A stretch of DNA of 64,000 bases, taken from Candidatus Cloacimonadales bacterium. Lineage in GTDB: Bacteria > Cloacimonadota > Cloacimonadia > Cloacimonadales > DAONDQ01. Position 1 is the stretch's first letter. Every line of letters starts with the position of its first letter. The stretch covers positions 160,001 through 224,000 of the forward strand of contig OY759316.1 in assembly GCA_963662275.1 (NCBI GenBank), written 5' to 3'. The translations under genes were made by a program, and so were the position numbers. The notes under the pieces are model-generated. The model was not told where the DNA came from, did not search any database, and was given only the letters and a program-made list of their open reading frames with translations. This document shows, piece by piece, positions 9,391 to 19,878 of the stretch.

Positions 9391-11754
9391 ATGCTTTATC
9401 GAGATGAGAAACTGACACGACGTGACCTAATTGATCCGACCATTATGAACCGTTTCTGGACTGCTGATCTGATCAAGATTGAGAAGACACCAGGCGGTGT
9501 GGATATCATTGACGGAAAACCTGTCAAACGTAGTGGACGTTGTGATTATCTGCTTTGTATCCCGATAAGAGACGGAAAACCGCCATTACCCATTGCAATC
9601 CTTGAAGCGAAAAAGGAATCCGATTATGCAGGTATGGGACTGGTCCAGGCAAAGAAATACTGCCAGCAATTCCATGTGCCTTTTGCGTTTTCCACAAACG
9701 GTCATCAATTTGTAGAATATGCAGAAGATACAGATCTCATTTCACATGAAAAGTCTTTAAAGGAAATCCCGACTCCCCATGAACTGCGTCTTCGTTATGA
9801 AGCACTGAAGCAAATCAAACTCGATTCTACTTTGGCAGATGCCTTATCGTCATCTTACAAAGGCGGAGAAGGTGTCAGAAGATATTACCAGGATGCTGCC
9901 ATACGTGCAGTTTTGGAGAAGATAGCTCAAGGTGAAAAACGCTGTTTATTATCTTTAGCAACCGGTACCGGCAAAACTGTGATTGCCAAACTTCTTTTGT
10001 ATAAGATCGCTTCTGCAGATCAATTGACCAGGGCTTTGTTTTTATGTGATCGGGATGAATTACGAACCAACGGTATTGGTCACATGACCGATATGTTTGG
10101 CGATGATGCTCAAATCGTTTCAACAGAAAATCCCCATCCAAATGCCAGAGTTCTTGTTGCCACCTATCAAACCCTGAATATCTCCGATGAAGATTCCGAA
10201 CCTCGCTTTTGGAGAGAGAATTTCCCTCCGAATTACTTCAGCCATATCATCATTGATGAATGTCACCGTAGTGCCTGGAGTCGCTGGAGCATTGTCCTTA
10301 CAGATAATCCTGATGCGATTCAAATTGGTTTGACAGCCACTCCCAGGATCATCACAGGTGGAAAAGCGGATTCAGAAGACCGACTCGAAGATGAAGAGAT
10401 CACAGCGAATAACGTTAAGTATTTCGGTGAACCTGTTTATGAATATTCCATCTCTCAAGGACAAAAAGACGGATACCTGGCAGCTTGTGAAGTGATTAGA
10501 CCCAGTGTTGACCTGGATAGTAAAAGCATTGTTCGTGAAGATATTGAAGCTAGAACAGCCGTTGATCTCTATACAGGAAAGCAAGTCAATCCTTCTGATA
10601 TTGATGAAGTCTATTCCAAGGAAAGATTTGATGTGGACTTATTGCTTGATGACCGCATGAACGCCATGTCGCAGGATTTGTTTCAAATGCTGTTGGATAC
10701 CGGTGGACCTTACCAGAAAACGATTATCTTCTGTGCCGGTGAATATCATGCTGATCAAATCGCCACAAGATTACAGAATCTCTATATTCAATGGTGTAAA
10801 CAGTATGCAAGGGCTCCGCGTAAGTTCTATGCTTTCAAATGCACATCTGCAAATACAGGCGAAAAAGCCAAAGACCTCATTCCTGAACTGCGTGGCTCCA
10901 TCATGTCGCATTATATAGCAACCACAGTCGATTTACTGTCAACTGGCGTGGATATTCCCAACCTGCAGAATGTAGTATTTTTCCAATACATCAAATCACC
11001 TATCTGCTTCTACCAGATGGTTGGCAGGGGGACACGAACAGGCAATCCCATCGGTTCAAAAATGATGTTCAGAGTATATGATTACACAAATGCCACCCGT
11101 CTTTTTGGAGAAGCATTTGAAAGTAAGGCATCACCGAGTAAGCCCGATGAAAATGACGATATAGAACCAATGATCCAAAAGAAACACATCAAAATTCTGG
11201 AGAATGAGTTTGAAATAACGATCCAAAACGAAGGCAGATCAATTCTATGCAATATCAATGGAATTGATACTCTCGTACCTTATGAGGAATATAAAAAACA
11301 ATTGGGAAATAAACTGCTTGAAGAAGTTACAAGTGTGGAAGAATTACGCAGTCATTGGGTCGTATATAAGAAAAGGCGTTCCCTCATAGACCAGTTACCG
11401 GGTGGAGAAGGAGCAATTCGTCTGATCAGGGAACTGGAAAGTGAACAGGATTGTGACCTATACGACGTATTAGCTGAAGTAGGTTTTCAATATGAACCCA
11501 AATCAAGGGCTGAACGTGCTTCGGGTTTTTCTTTCAGGAACAAAGACTGGCTCAGCAACTATCCTGAAAAAACACAAAAGGTACTGGAATCAGTTGTGAA
11601 GCAATTTGAATACGGTGGAATCGATGAACTGGAAAGCGATTCACTGTTTGATGTCCCGGAAATTAAAGATAACGGCGGATTCTCCGCCTTGCTCAGATTA
11701 CCGATTCAACCCGATGAACTAATAAATGAAACTAAATTAAGGTTGTTAAGATGA
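9391..11754 (+). CDS. hsdR: Type I restriction endonuclease subunit R (short EcoAI/EcoEI-like)
   Basis: CDYLL...LEAK nuclease motif; ATGTGKT, DECHRS, TATP, QMVGRGTR helicase motifs. Confidence 0.92.
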   Translation: MLYRDEKLTRRDLIDPTIMNRFWTADLIKIEKTPGGVDIIDGKPVKRSGRCDYLLCIPIRDGKPPLPIAILEAKKESDYAGMGLVQAKKYCQQFHVPFAFSTNGHQFVEYAEDTDLISHEKSLKEIPTPHELRLRYEALKQIKLDSTLADALSSSYKGGEGVRRYYQDAAIRAVLEKIAQGEKRCLLSLATGTGKTVIAKLLLYKIASADQLTRALFLCDRDELRTNGIGHMTDMFGDDAQIVSTENPHPNARVLVATYQTLNISDEDSEPRFWRENFPPNYFSHIIIDECHRSAWSRWSIVLTDNPDAIQIGLTATPRIITGGKADSEDRLEDEEITANNVKYFGEPVYEYSISQGQKDGYLAACEVIRPSVDLDSKSIVREDIEARTAVDLYTGKQVNPSDIDEVYSKERFDVDLLLDDRMNAMSQDLFQMLLDTGGPYQKTIIFCAGEYHADQIATRLQNLYIQWCKQYARAPRKFYAFKCTSANTGEKAKDLIPELRGSIMSHYIATTVDLLSTGVDIPNLQNVVFFQYIKSPICFYQMVGRGTRTGNPIGSKMMFRVYDYTNATRLFGEAFESKASPSKPDENDDIEPMIQKKHIKILENEFEITIQNEGRSILCNINGIDTLVPYEEYKKQLGNKLLEEVTSVEELRSHWVVYKKRRSLIDQLPGGEGAIRLIRELESEQDCDLYDVLAEVGFQYEPKSRAERASGFSFRNKDWLSNYPEKTQKVLESVVKQFEYGGIDELESDSLFDVPEIKDNGGFSALLRLPIQPDELINETKLRLLR

Positions 11755-12983
11755 ATGTTATGATAAAAAATATGAGTTGTAAGATTAGAAAACTTAGTGA
11801 ATTGGCAACCGTTCTAAACGGGGCAACCCCGGATACAAACACTCCTGAATATTGGAATGGCAATATATTATGGCTGACACCAAAAGACATTGGCAGGCTT
11901 AGTTCAAAGTTCATCAGCGATTCTGAACGGAAAATAACAGAACTTGGACTGCAAAGCTGTTCTTCTACAATAATTCCTGAATACTCTGTATTATTAACAA
12001 GTAGAGCACCTGTAGGGAATATAGCCGTTAATACTGTCCCTGTATGTACGAATCAAGGTTTTAAGAGTATTATCCCTAAAGAAGGTATTTATTGGGATTA
12101 TCTTTACCATTATTTATGCTTTCTTCGCCCAACATTAGATAGTCTGAGCCACGGTAATACTTTTATGGAGATTATGAAGGAAAAAGTCGATTCCTTAGAT
12201 ATCCTTATACCGGATAAATACGAAGATCAAGTAGCAATTGCCAATCAGCTTGATGACAAGCTCCAAAAAGTTGAGAAATTACATAAAGCAATATTGATGC
12301 AGGAAGAAGCTTTCCAAAATCTATACTCAGCTTATTTTAGGGATGTATGGCCTTGGAATCCTCTTGATCCTCAACCTGATGGATTAAAATGGAAAAAATC
12401 TTCATTAAAGAAATTGTGCATAGATATAAAAGGTGGCGGTACACCTGATAGGTCAAATCCAGATTACTGGAATGGAGACATTCCTTGGATTTCAAGTGCA
12501 GATATAATCAATTTATACACTGTTCAACCAAGAAGATATATCACACAGAAAGCAATAAAAGAATCTGCAACAAATATAGTTCCTAAAGGCAGTATAATCA
12601 TAGTAACCAGAGTCGGAGTGGGAAAACTATGTGTAGCTCCTTTTGATTTATGCTTCAGCCAAGATTCACATGGATTGATTCTTGATACTAATCAAATAAA
12701 TCCAAATTATCTTCTATTGTATCTTTTATCCATCATGAAATCTGTGATATTTTCATCCCAAGGATCAACCGTTAAAGGTATAACACGCGATGTGTTAGAA
12801 ACAATACCAATCATAATACCAATTGATCATATAGAACAAATCACAATTGCTGAAAAACTATATAGTATATTCGGACATCTTGACCAAATCAATCAAGATT
12901 TGGGAAAACAGAAAAATGCAATATTCTCATTAAATACGACAATACTCAATGAGACTTTCTCAAAAGTAAAGGAATCATTATGA
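11751..12983 (+). CDS. hsdS: Type I R-M specificity subunit
   Basis: Two TRDs each opening with G.TP....YWNG.I.W; IP...EQ..I coiled-coil spacers. Confidence 0.92.
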   Translation: MNVMIKNMSCKIRKLSELATVLNGATPDTNTPEYWNGNILWLTPKDIGRLSSKFISDSERKITELGLQSCSSTIIPEYSVLLTSRAPVGNIAVNTVPVCTNQGFKSIIPKEGIYWDYLYHYLCFLRPTLDSLSHGNTFMEIMKEKVDSLDILIPDKYEDQVAIANQLDDKLQKVEKLHKAILMQEEAFQNLYSAYFRDVWPWNPLDPQPDGLKWKKSSLKKLCIDIKGGGTPDRSNPDYWNGDIPWISSADIINLYTVQPRRYITQKAIKESATNIVPKGSIIIVTRVGVGKLCVAPFDLCFSQDSHGLILDTNQINPNYLLLYLLSIMKSVIFSSQGSTVKGITRDVLETIPIIIPIDHIEQITIAEKLYSIFGHLDQINQDLGKQKNAIFSLNTTILNETFSKVKESL

Positions 12984-14575
12984 ACTCAACTAAAGCTCAA
13001 AAGAATGGCAAATCTGTAAATACGCAAGCCAATATGGACAAAACGATTAAATCAATCTGCGATATATTACGCCGCGATAAAGCCAAAGGTGCCCGTCTCT
13101 ATATACCTGAATTAACCTGGATGCTTTTCCTATGTTATCTGGACATCATTGAGATAGAACAGAAACAAAGAGCGCAGGCATTGGGGAAAGACTATTCTCC
13201 GATATTGGAATCACCGTACCGCTGGCAGGATTGGGCTGCGCCATTCGACCGCAAGAAAGACCCTGATGAACTGATTAGGAACCAGGAACAGGGATGGAAA
13301 CGCTGTGAACTCAGCAACAAACGGATGGGTTCCTTCCTCAAGTTTGTGAATGAAGAGCTGTTTCCCCATTTGATGAATCTCGAAAGCAATTTCAATGTGA
13401 CACATAAGCAGCGGATCATCTCTGAAATCTTTAAGACTAAACAAAATACGATCCTCGATTCCGAAAACAACTTGCAGGACGTTTTGGATAAAGTGCATGA
13501 TCTCGCCAATTCAAAGATCGACGACACACACTTGTTTCCTATTTCACAGGCATTTGAAGGCATACTGCCCAGCCTGGGTGAAAAGAAGAATGATGGTGGA
13601 CAGTTTTTCACTCCCCGCGAAGTGATTCGTGTGATCGTGGATATCGTCAAACCAAAACTCGGTTGTACCATCTACGATCCCTGCTGTGGAACAGGCGGTT
13701 TTTTAATTGAAGCCTACAAATATCTCCTGAAACAAAATCCTTCCTCTACCCAACTCGAACAACTCAAAACAGAAGCCTTCTGGGGTAGAGAAGATGCAGG
13801 GGAAGTAATACCTATCCTGTTAGCCAATCTTCTGCTGCATGATATCGATTTGCCCCATATCTGGCATGGTAATACCCTGACCGGTAAAACAACCTATGGT
13901 GAGTTATTTGCAGGTGCTCCCAATCAGTTTGATTATATTTTAACAAATCCGCCTTTTGGCAGCAAAGAGAGCCTTTCAGCCCAGTCCAGGTTTGCCTTTA
14001 AAAGCGGAAAAGCCCAGATTCTCTTTTTACAGCATATTATCGATAGCTTGGCTGATAACGGAGTCTGCGGTATGGTAATCGATGAAGGTGTTTTATTCCA
14101 TACAAAAACCAAAGCGTACGAACAGACCAAACGCAAACTACTGAACGAATGCAATCTGTTTTGTATTATAAGCTTGCCGGGCGGTGTATTTGTTAATGCC
14201 GGTGCCGGTGTTAAAACCAATCTGTTCTTCTTCCAGAAAGGCAAACCAACCAGGAAAGTCTGGTATTATGATATGACCCTCGACGATGAATTCAAAACAC
14301 GAAAAGTCAACAAAGGCACACCTTTTCTCTCTTCCCATTTCAATGATTGCCTCAGACGCTTAGCCCTACCGGAAGATCACCAGGAACGCATCAGTGAACG
14401 AAGCTGGTTCCTGACGATAGCAGAAATTGAAGCCAGAAACTATGACCTGAAAGCTGTGAATAATAATGCTCCTGACTTCTCTGATAAACGTACATCAAAG
14501 GAATTGATTGAAGTGATTCAGAAGGCTCAGGAAGAGATAGGGGAATTGCTTGAACAACTAACAAAGGAGAAGTAA
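12980..14575 (+). CDS. hsdM: Type I R-M N6-adenine methyltransferase
   Basis: GQFFTPR, YDPCCGTGGFL, TNPPFG motifs. Confidence 0.94.
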   Translation: MNSTKAQKNGKSVNTQANMDKTIKSICDILRRDKAKGARLYIPELTWMLFLCYLDIIEIEQKQRAQALGKDYSPILESPYRWQDWAAPFDRKKDPDELIRNQEQGWKRCELSNKRMGSFLKFVNEELFPHLMNLESNFNVTHKQRIISEIFKTKQNTILDSENNLQDVLDKVHDLANSKIDDTHLFPISQAFEGILPSLGEKKNDGGQFFTPREVIRVIVDIVKPKLGCTIYDPCCGTGGFLIEAYKYLLKQNPSSTQLEQLKTEAFWGREDAGEVIPILLANLLLHDIDLPHIWHGNTLTGKTTYGELFAGAPNQFDYILTNPPFGSKESLSAQSRFAFKSGKAQILFLQHIIDSLADNGVCGMVIDEGVLFHTKTKAYEQTKRKLLNECNLFCIISLPGGVFVNAGAGVKTNLFFFQKGKPTRKVWYYDMTLDDEFKTRKVNKGTPFLSSHFNDCLRRLALPEDHQERISERSWFLTIAEIEARNYDLKAVNNNAPDFSDKRTSKELIEVIQKAQEEIGELLEQLTKEK

Positions 14576-15456
14576 TGTTAATATCTGGAGGAGCTTCCAA
14601 AGACTTCACATATTATGTTGATCATAATCCAGGGGAAATCCCACATCAACGAGATTTTTGTGAATATATTAAACTACATAGGCCGAATAAAAGAATTTCA
14701 GGACCTGACATCAATCCCATGACTGTTAGGTTATTCTCCGCATATGCAGAAATGGAATTGATAGAATCGGAATACGCAAAGTTCAATTGCTTTTCAGAAG
14801 TTGAGTTTAAATATAAATCAGCTAATATTACCAAAGGAAGTCAACCTCTATCAACGGCTACGGGATCTGCAGTCGTTATTCCAGAAGTCCAAATTAACGA
14901 AGAAATAGAACTTTCTAATTGGAACTATATTAGCTCTTCTCCAAACATCTTTGTTTATCAAAATGACTCATGTAAATTGGTACTTTTCTACATACATAGG
15001 TCATTTTATAATTTTCTATATCATTGTTCATCCGTGTTAGATAGGGTAAAGCGTGAAACAGATACTTTCTATTCGATCATCTTATCCCAAAGAGCGATTA
15101 ATAGAAATATCAGGCATATTTATTTCTTGGATTTATTTGAAAACAAGTGGAAGTATTCCTTTCCAAATTCTGCAGGAGATTCACTAATAACCTCTCTTCA
15201 AACATTGCTCCCATCTAATTGTTATCTAAGAAATTTTAGAGAGTATAGAAATACAATTACCCATGATGGATTCATTAAGCTTCAAGAAGATATGGTGATT
15301 AATAAAATCTACATACAAGATGGTCCCAAAGTACCGACTTTCATTAATCAGATAGATTTGCTATCTTATTTGAATTCTACCTTTTCAGAAATTAAAAATT
15401 TCGTAGATAAATTCTACGAATTAATGCTTCAAGATGCAATCAACGGCAAAATCTAA
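14575..15456 (+). CDS. Putative HEPN-domain protein
   Basis: RxxxxH motif (YRNTITH) in a helical C-terminal region; TAATG overlap with the hsdM stop. Confidence 0.55.
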   Translation: MLISGGASKDFTYYVDHNPGEIPHQRDFCEYIKLHRPNKRISGPDINPMTVRLFSAYAEMELIESEYAKFNCFSEVEFKYKSANITKGSQPLSTATGSAVVIPEVQINEEIELSNWNYISSSPNIFVYQNDSCKLVLFYIHRSFYNFLYHCSSVLDRVKRETDTFYSIILSQRAINRNIRHIYFLDLFENKWKYSFPNSAGDSLITSLQTLLPSNCYLRNFREYRNTITHDGFIKLQEDMVINKIYIQDGPKVPTFINQIDLLSYLNSTFSEIKNFVDKFYELMLQDAINGKI

Positions 15457-15477
15457 ATCATCCAAAAAGGAGGACTA

Positions 15478-16281
15478 ATGGGAATAAGTATTGAAAAATA
15501 TAAACAAGATATTGAGGCTTTAATACAAAGAGGTAATTCGCTAGGGATTGCGATAAAAACTGAATGTGATCATAGTCAATTAGCAAATATCGGCAAGACA
15601 CCTGAAGAAATAGAGAAAATCAGAAAATCAATCCCTAATTTTCGAGTAGAATATCAAGCGTGGTATTCAGAAGCTAAAATTCTAATTAGAAATCTATTAC
15701 CTGATAGATTAGATGACTTTGTGAGATATTATGAAAAACCTAAATCAAGAAAGATAATTGATTTCGAAAGCTATAGAATTGAAGACTATCTACAGGGGGT
15801 TGTTGTCACAAATAGTTTCGACGGAGAAGTAATTGTCGGACATTCAGCTGCAATACCATTGTTCTATCAACAAATAGCCATAGTAAAAGCTCTAAGTAAA
15901 CGCTTTCAAAGTTCATTATTTGATATTAAACTTCATCTGCAAGCAGAAATGTTTGATGATGAACTAGATGCTGCTGAGTATTTGTTAATGAATAAATTTA
16001 CTAGAGCTGCCGGAGCAATCGCTGGTGTAATTCTTGAAAGGCATCTCAAACAGATATGTTTAAACTATCAAGTTACATTTGGGAATAAGAAAAACTTAGT
16101 TATTAGCGACTTGAATGATGCCTTAAAGAAAGCTAATATCCTTGAAACATCTGATTGGAGAAGAATTCAGCTTTTAGGCGATATTAGAAATAATTGTGAT
16201 CATGATAAGAAAACTGAGCCAAAAGAAGCAGAAGTTCAAGAATTGATTGATGGAGTAAAAAAGATCATTAAAACTTACTAG
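15478..16281 (+). CDS. Putative HEPN (DUF4145-like C-terminus) protein
   Basis: AAGAIAGVILERHLKQ...LNDALK...IRNNCDH (RxxxxH). Confidence 0.65.
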   Translation: MGISIEKYKQDIEALIQRGNSLGIAIKTECDHSQLANIGKTPEEIEKIRKSIPNFRVEYQAWYSEAKILIRNLLPDRLDDFVRYYEKPKSRKIIDFESYRIEDYLQGVVVTNSFDGEVIVGHSAAIPLFYQQIAIVKALSKRFQSSLFDIKLHLQAEMFDDELDAAEYLLMNKFTRAAGAIAGVILERHLKQICLNYQVTFGNKKNLVISDLNDALKKANILETSDWRRIQLLGDIRNNCDHDKKTEPKEAEVQELIDGVKKIIKTY

Positions 16282-16306
16282 TGTATTTTGAGTTCTGATA
16301 GAAAAG

Positions 16307-16331
16307 AGGGCGTGCTTCCGCACGCCCCTAC
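16307..16331 (-). repeat. REP-like hairpin, family B, between convergent genes
   Basis: Minus strand gtaggggcgtgcggaagcacgccct. Confidence 0.65.
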
Positions 16332-16336
16332 TTTGT

Positions 16337-16578
16337 TTACATAACATTCGTTAACATACCCGCTTCAGGAATAACCAATAGCAATCCGACTAGCATAGCA
16401 TCCACTACTGTTATCACAGGATATTCTTGTTTCAGAATATCATCTTTGGTTATGGTTGATAGATCAACTTCAGGTATCTGTCTCTTCAGAGCAAACATCA
16501 TTCTAAGATAGTTGCATAGCAATTAGCAGGTATTTTGTCTGCTAAATCAGTATAATTCTTCATGAGTGCTATGCTTAA
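16337..16578 (-). pseudogene. Frameshifted, 5'-truncated remnant of the 152-aa family, paralog 2
   Basis: ...ALMKNYTDLADKIPANCYA [1-nt shift near 16511] YLRMMFALKRQIPEVDLSTITKDDILKQEYP... matches the C-half of 27184-27642. Confidence 0.75.
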
Positions 16579-16634
16579 TATAGAATTTAATGCCCATACA
16601 AAACCAACCATTCAAACAAATTCTTACTAAAGTA

Positions 16635-17336
16635 CTATAAGAACAGATTTTTTAATAAGAGTTTATCTGCTTGCAACGTTTGAGAAAGACCAGTAAAAAC
16701 TACTTTACCAATCTTCATTACATAAGATCTATCGCTAATTTTCAACACATCTGAAACTTTCTGTTCAACAATTAAAATGCTTACCTGTTGGTTTTGATTT
16801 ATTTCGACGATTTTGTTAAATACAGTGCTAACCTTATCGGGTGCTAATCCGAGAGATGGTTCATCTAGCAATAACAGCTTTGGAAGTGTAATAAGGGCTC
16901 TAGCCAAAGCCAACATTTGTTGTTCACCTCCAGAAAGGGTACCAGCATATTGCTTTAATCGATCTTTTACTTCAGGGAACGTAATTAACACATTTTCAAT
17001 ATTTTGTTTTAATAATTTATTAGAAAGATGAATACCACCTAGTTCAAGATTTTCCATGACTTTTAAATCGTTGAATACTCGATTTCCTTGGGGAACATAT
17101 GTTATTCCCATTTTAACATTCTGAGCTGGAGACAAACCATTTATAGTCGAAGAATCGTAAATTATATCACCATTCCATATAGGAATTATTCCGCATATTG
17201 TTTTCAATACAGTTGATTTGCCAGCACCATTGGGTCCGATGAGTGCTATAATTTCGCTTTCTTTAACTTCCATTGATATATTATAAAGAACTTGTTTCAA
17301 ACCATAGCCTGTTTCGAGATTTTTGATTTCCAACAT
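16635..17336 (-). CDS. livF: ABC transporter ATP-binding protein, LivF-like
   Basis: GPNGAGKST, LSGGEQQML, LLDEPSLGLAP, VEQ. Confidence 0.9.
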   Translation of the reverse strand: MLEIKNLETGYGLKQVLYNISMEVKESEIIALIGPNGAGKSTVLKTICGIIPIWNGDIIYDSSTINGLSPAQNVKMGITYVPQGNRVFNDLKVMENLELGGIHLSNKLLKQNIENVLITFPEVKDRLKQYAGTLSGGEQQMLALARALITLPKLLLLDEPSLGLAPDKVSTVFNKIVEINQNQQVSILIVEQKVSDVLKISDRSYVMKIGKVVFTGLSQTLQADKLLLKNLFL

Positions 17337-17344
17337 TATGAACC

Positions 17345-18100
17345 TCAGTGCAGATAAGTCTCAATAACCTTTGGATCATTTCTAACGAAATCTGGTTTCC
17401 CTTCACTAACGATCGTTCCACTATCCATGAATATTACACGGTCACAAATCTTCATAACAGCATCTAAATTGTGCTCTATTAGTATCACAGTCTTGCCTAG
17501 AGAAGGTAAACTCTTTATAATTGTGAGCATGGATTCGATAGTTTCAGGAGCTATTCCAGCAACGGGTTCATCAAGCAAAAGGACTTCAGATTTTGCAGCT
17601 AGACAACAAGCGATAGTTAGTAGTTTTTGCTGTCCATAAGATAATTTTTCAGCTGGATCATTTACCTTATTCCAGATACCCATTTCTTTCAATAACACCA
17701 TTGCTTCAATTTTGTTAGCAGTTTCTTGTTTTAAACAGTATTTCCAGTTAAAGAGAGTTCTATGCAGTTTTTCCCCCGGCTGGTTCTGAAATGCTAAGAG
17801 AACGTTATCCAAAACGCTTATTTGTTTAATAAGACGAAGATTCTGGAATGTCCTACTGATTCCAAGTCTTGTAATCCGAAAAGGGACAGCATTTGTAATA
17901 TCTTTGCTTTTAAAGATCACTTTCCCGTTATCGGGTATTACGAATCCACTTATTATATTAAAGAGAGTAGTTTTTCCTGCTCCATTGGGTCCTATTATTC
18001 CTAAAATCTCTCCTTTTTGTAAAGAGCAGGAGAAACCAGAAAGGGCACAAATTCCATTGTAACTTTTGTCCAGTAGCTGAATGTCAAGGATCCCGACCAT
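17345..18100 (-). CDS. livG: ABC transporter ATP-binding protein, LivG-like
   Basis: GPNGAGKTT, RTFQN, LSYGQQK, LDEPVAG, IEH, DPKVIETYL. Confidence 0.9.
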   Translation of the reverse strand: MVGILDIQLLDKSYNGICALSGFSCSLQKGEILGIIGPNGAGKTTLFNIISGFVIPDNGKVIFKSKDITNAVPFRITRLGISRTFQNLRLIKQISVLDNVLLAFQNQPGEKLHRTLFNWKYCLKQETANKIEAMVLLKEMGIWNKVNDPAEKLSYGQQKLLTIACCLAAKSEVLLLDEPVAGIAPETIESMLTIIKSLPSLGKTVILIEHNLDAVMKICDRVIFMDSGTIVSEGKPDFVRNDPKVIETYLH

Positions 18101-18101
18101 T

Positions 18102-18983
18102 TTAGAGTTTTCCTTTCAAAAATGAATATTCGCCGATGAGACCTCTAGGTCTCCATAACATAAATGCAACAAGCAAACCCCCGTAGATAATTTGTCTAAA
18201 ATTAGCAGCTATGGAACTTGGAAGTCCAATGAAACGCAAAATCTCAGGTAGAATCACAAGAAGAACTGAACCAATAACTGGTCCCCACATGCTACCTGAG
18301 CCTCCAATTATTACAATAGAAATCATGAAGATAGATTCCATTACAGTGAAACTGGTTGGATCTATAAAACTAATGTAATAGGCAAATAAAACTCCAGCAA
18401 TTGCAGCTAAGGCAGAGCCGATTGTGAAGACTAAAATTTTATATGAAGCTACATTTTTTCCTGTTGCTTGGGATAAAACTTCATCTTCACGGATCGCTTT
18501 CAACACACGCCCAAATGGTGAAATGATAATTCGTTTAATGAACAAGAAAGTAAAAGCACCAAAAAAAGAAACAAGTAGAAGAAAGCCAAATGTCGTGGAA
18601 AACTGTATCCCGAAAATTGATGGAATTGGAATACCCGGTAAGCCAATAGGACCACCTGTAAAGGAAATCAAATTGTTTAATATATTGAAAGAAATTACCT
18701 GCAATGCGAAAGTAGCAATTACAAAATAGTCATCTTTAATTCTGAGAGTCGGAATACCAATCAATGTACTAGAAACAATGCTAGTTACAATAGCAAAACT
18801 GAGCGTTAAAATGAAAGGACTATGGAGTTTTATTGATAACAGTGCAGCGGCATAGGCACCGATACCATAAAAAGTTGCATGAGCTATAGAAAGCAAACCT
18901 GTGTAGCCCATGATTAGGTTTAGTGATATTGTAAGAATAGAATAAATACCAATTAAAATAAAGATATGTATCAAATACTCCAT
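18102..18983 (-). CDS. livM: ABC transporter permease, LivM-like (start reassigned to MEYLIH)
   Basis: GYTGLLSIAHATFYGIGAY, SPFGRVLKAIREDE, RPRGLIG; ATG 10 nt after the livH stop, with a G-rich RBS. Confidence 0.88.
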   Translation of the reverse strand: MEYLIHIFILIGIYSILTISLNLIMGYTGLLSIAHATFYGIGAYAAALLSIKLHSPFILTLSFAIVTSIVSSTLIGIPTLRIKDDYFVIATFALQVISFNILNNLISFTGGPIGLPGIPIPSIFGIQFSTTFGFLLLVSFFGAFTFLFIKRIIISPFGRVLKAIREDEVLSQATGKNVASYKILVFTIGSALAAIAGVLFAYYISFIDPTSFTVMESIFMISIVIIGGSGSMWGPVIGSVLLVILPEILRFIGLPSSIAANFRQIIYGGLLVAFMLWRPRGLIGEYSFLKGKL

Positions 18984-18993
18984 TCTATATCCC

Positions 18994-19875
18994 CTACACC
19001 TCGGTTTTGAGAAATTGTTTTCGAAAAATACCTTTTGGACGTATAGCAAGAAAACTTAACAGCAAAATAAAAGCAGTTACTTCCCCCCACTGTGCTCCGA
19101 ATTGCCAACCAGCTATCTGCTGTAGAGTTGCTAAAATGAATGAGATTAAAGCAATTGAACAAGTTTTCCCATTTCCATTTATCACAACAACAACGATACC
19201 TAGCAATAGCATAGGTAGACCCATCGTCGGTGTCATTCCAACATCGTAAGCTTGAAGAATTCCAGTTGTACTCGCAATAAAAGAACCTAAGCAGAAGCAA
19301 ATTCCAGTAACTTTGTCTATTTCAATCCCACTTATCTTTGCTAACTCTTGATTGTTAGTTATTGCCCGCATAATTAAGCCAATTTTGGTTTTATCGATAA
19401 ATAAAGTCTTTGAAAGTAGAATGATTATCGCAAAACCGATTAGAATCAATTGGATGGGTGTAATCAAAGCTCCAAATAAATTGAGCGCTGGGGTAATTGA
19501 AGCGTTGCTAATTATTTTTGTATCGTCCCCGAATAGCAAAGATATCACATTCTGAATAACTGTATAGAGACCAAGGGAAGAAAGTAAAAGGACTAAAGAG
19601 GACGCATCTCGATGTCTCATTGGCCGATATACTGCCCAATCTAATAACCAACCTAATCCTGTTCCTGCTATTAACGCAAGAGGAAAAGCAGCATAGATTG
19701 AGAGGTGAATGACCTGAGAAAAAGCAAAAAAACTGTAGGCTCCAAATGTGATGATTACAGCATGAGTAAAATGAAAGAATCTAACTGCTGAGAATATTAT
19801 AGAGAAACTGCTACTTATAAGAAAGATTATGGAAGCAGAAATTAGAATATTTACAATGAATTGTTCCAATACCAA
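18994..19875 (-). CDS. livH: ABC transporter permease, LivH-like
   Basis: Multi-TM; TKIGLIMRA..N.ELA..SGI, RPKGIF. Confidence 0.85.
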   Translation of the reverse strand: MVLEQFIVNILISASIIFLISSSFSIIFSAVRFFHFTHAVIITFGAYSFFAFSQVIHLSIYAAFPLALIAGTGLGWLLDWAVYRPMRHRDASSLVLLLSSLGLYTVIQNVISLLFGDDTKIISNASITPALNLFGALITPIQLILIGFAIIILLSKTLFIDKTKIGLIMRAITNNQELAKISGIEIDKVTGICFCLGSFIASTTGILQAYDVGMTPTMGLPMLLLGIVVVVINGNGKTCSIALISFILATLQQIAGWQFGAQWGEVTAFILLLSFLAIRPKGIFRKQFLKTEV

Positions 19876-19878
19876 TCC

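Noticed and set aside
7000..16331. Integron cassette array (hairpins between genes)
   Set aside because: No integrase and no consistent RYYYAAC...GTTRRRY attC boxes recognised
18984..19049. N-terminal extension of livM in the ORF track
   Set aside because: Overlaps livH; the ATG at 18983 has a better RBS and gives a typical length
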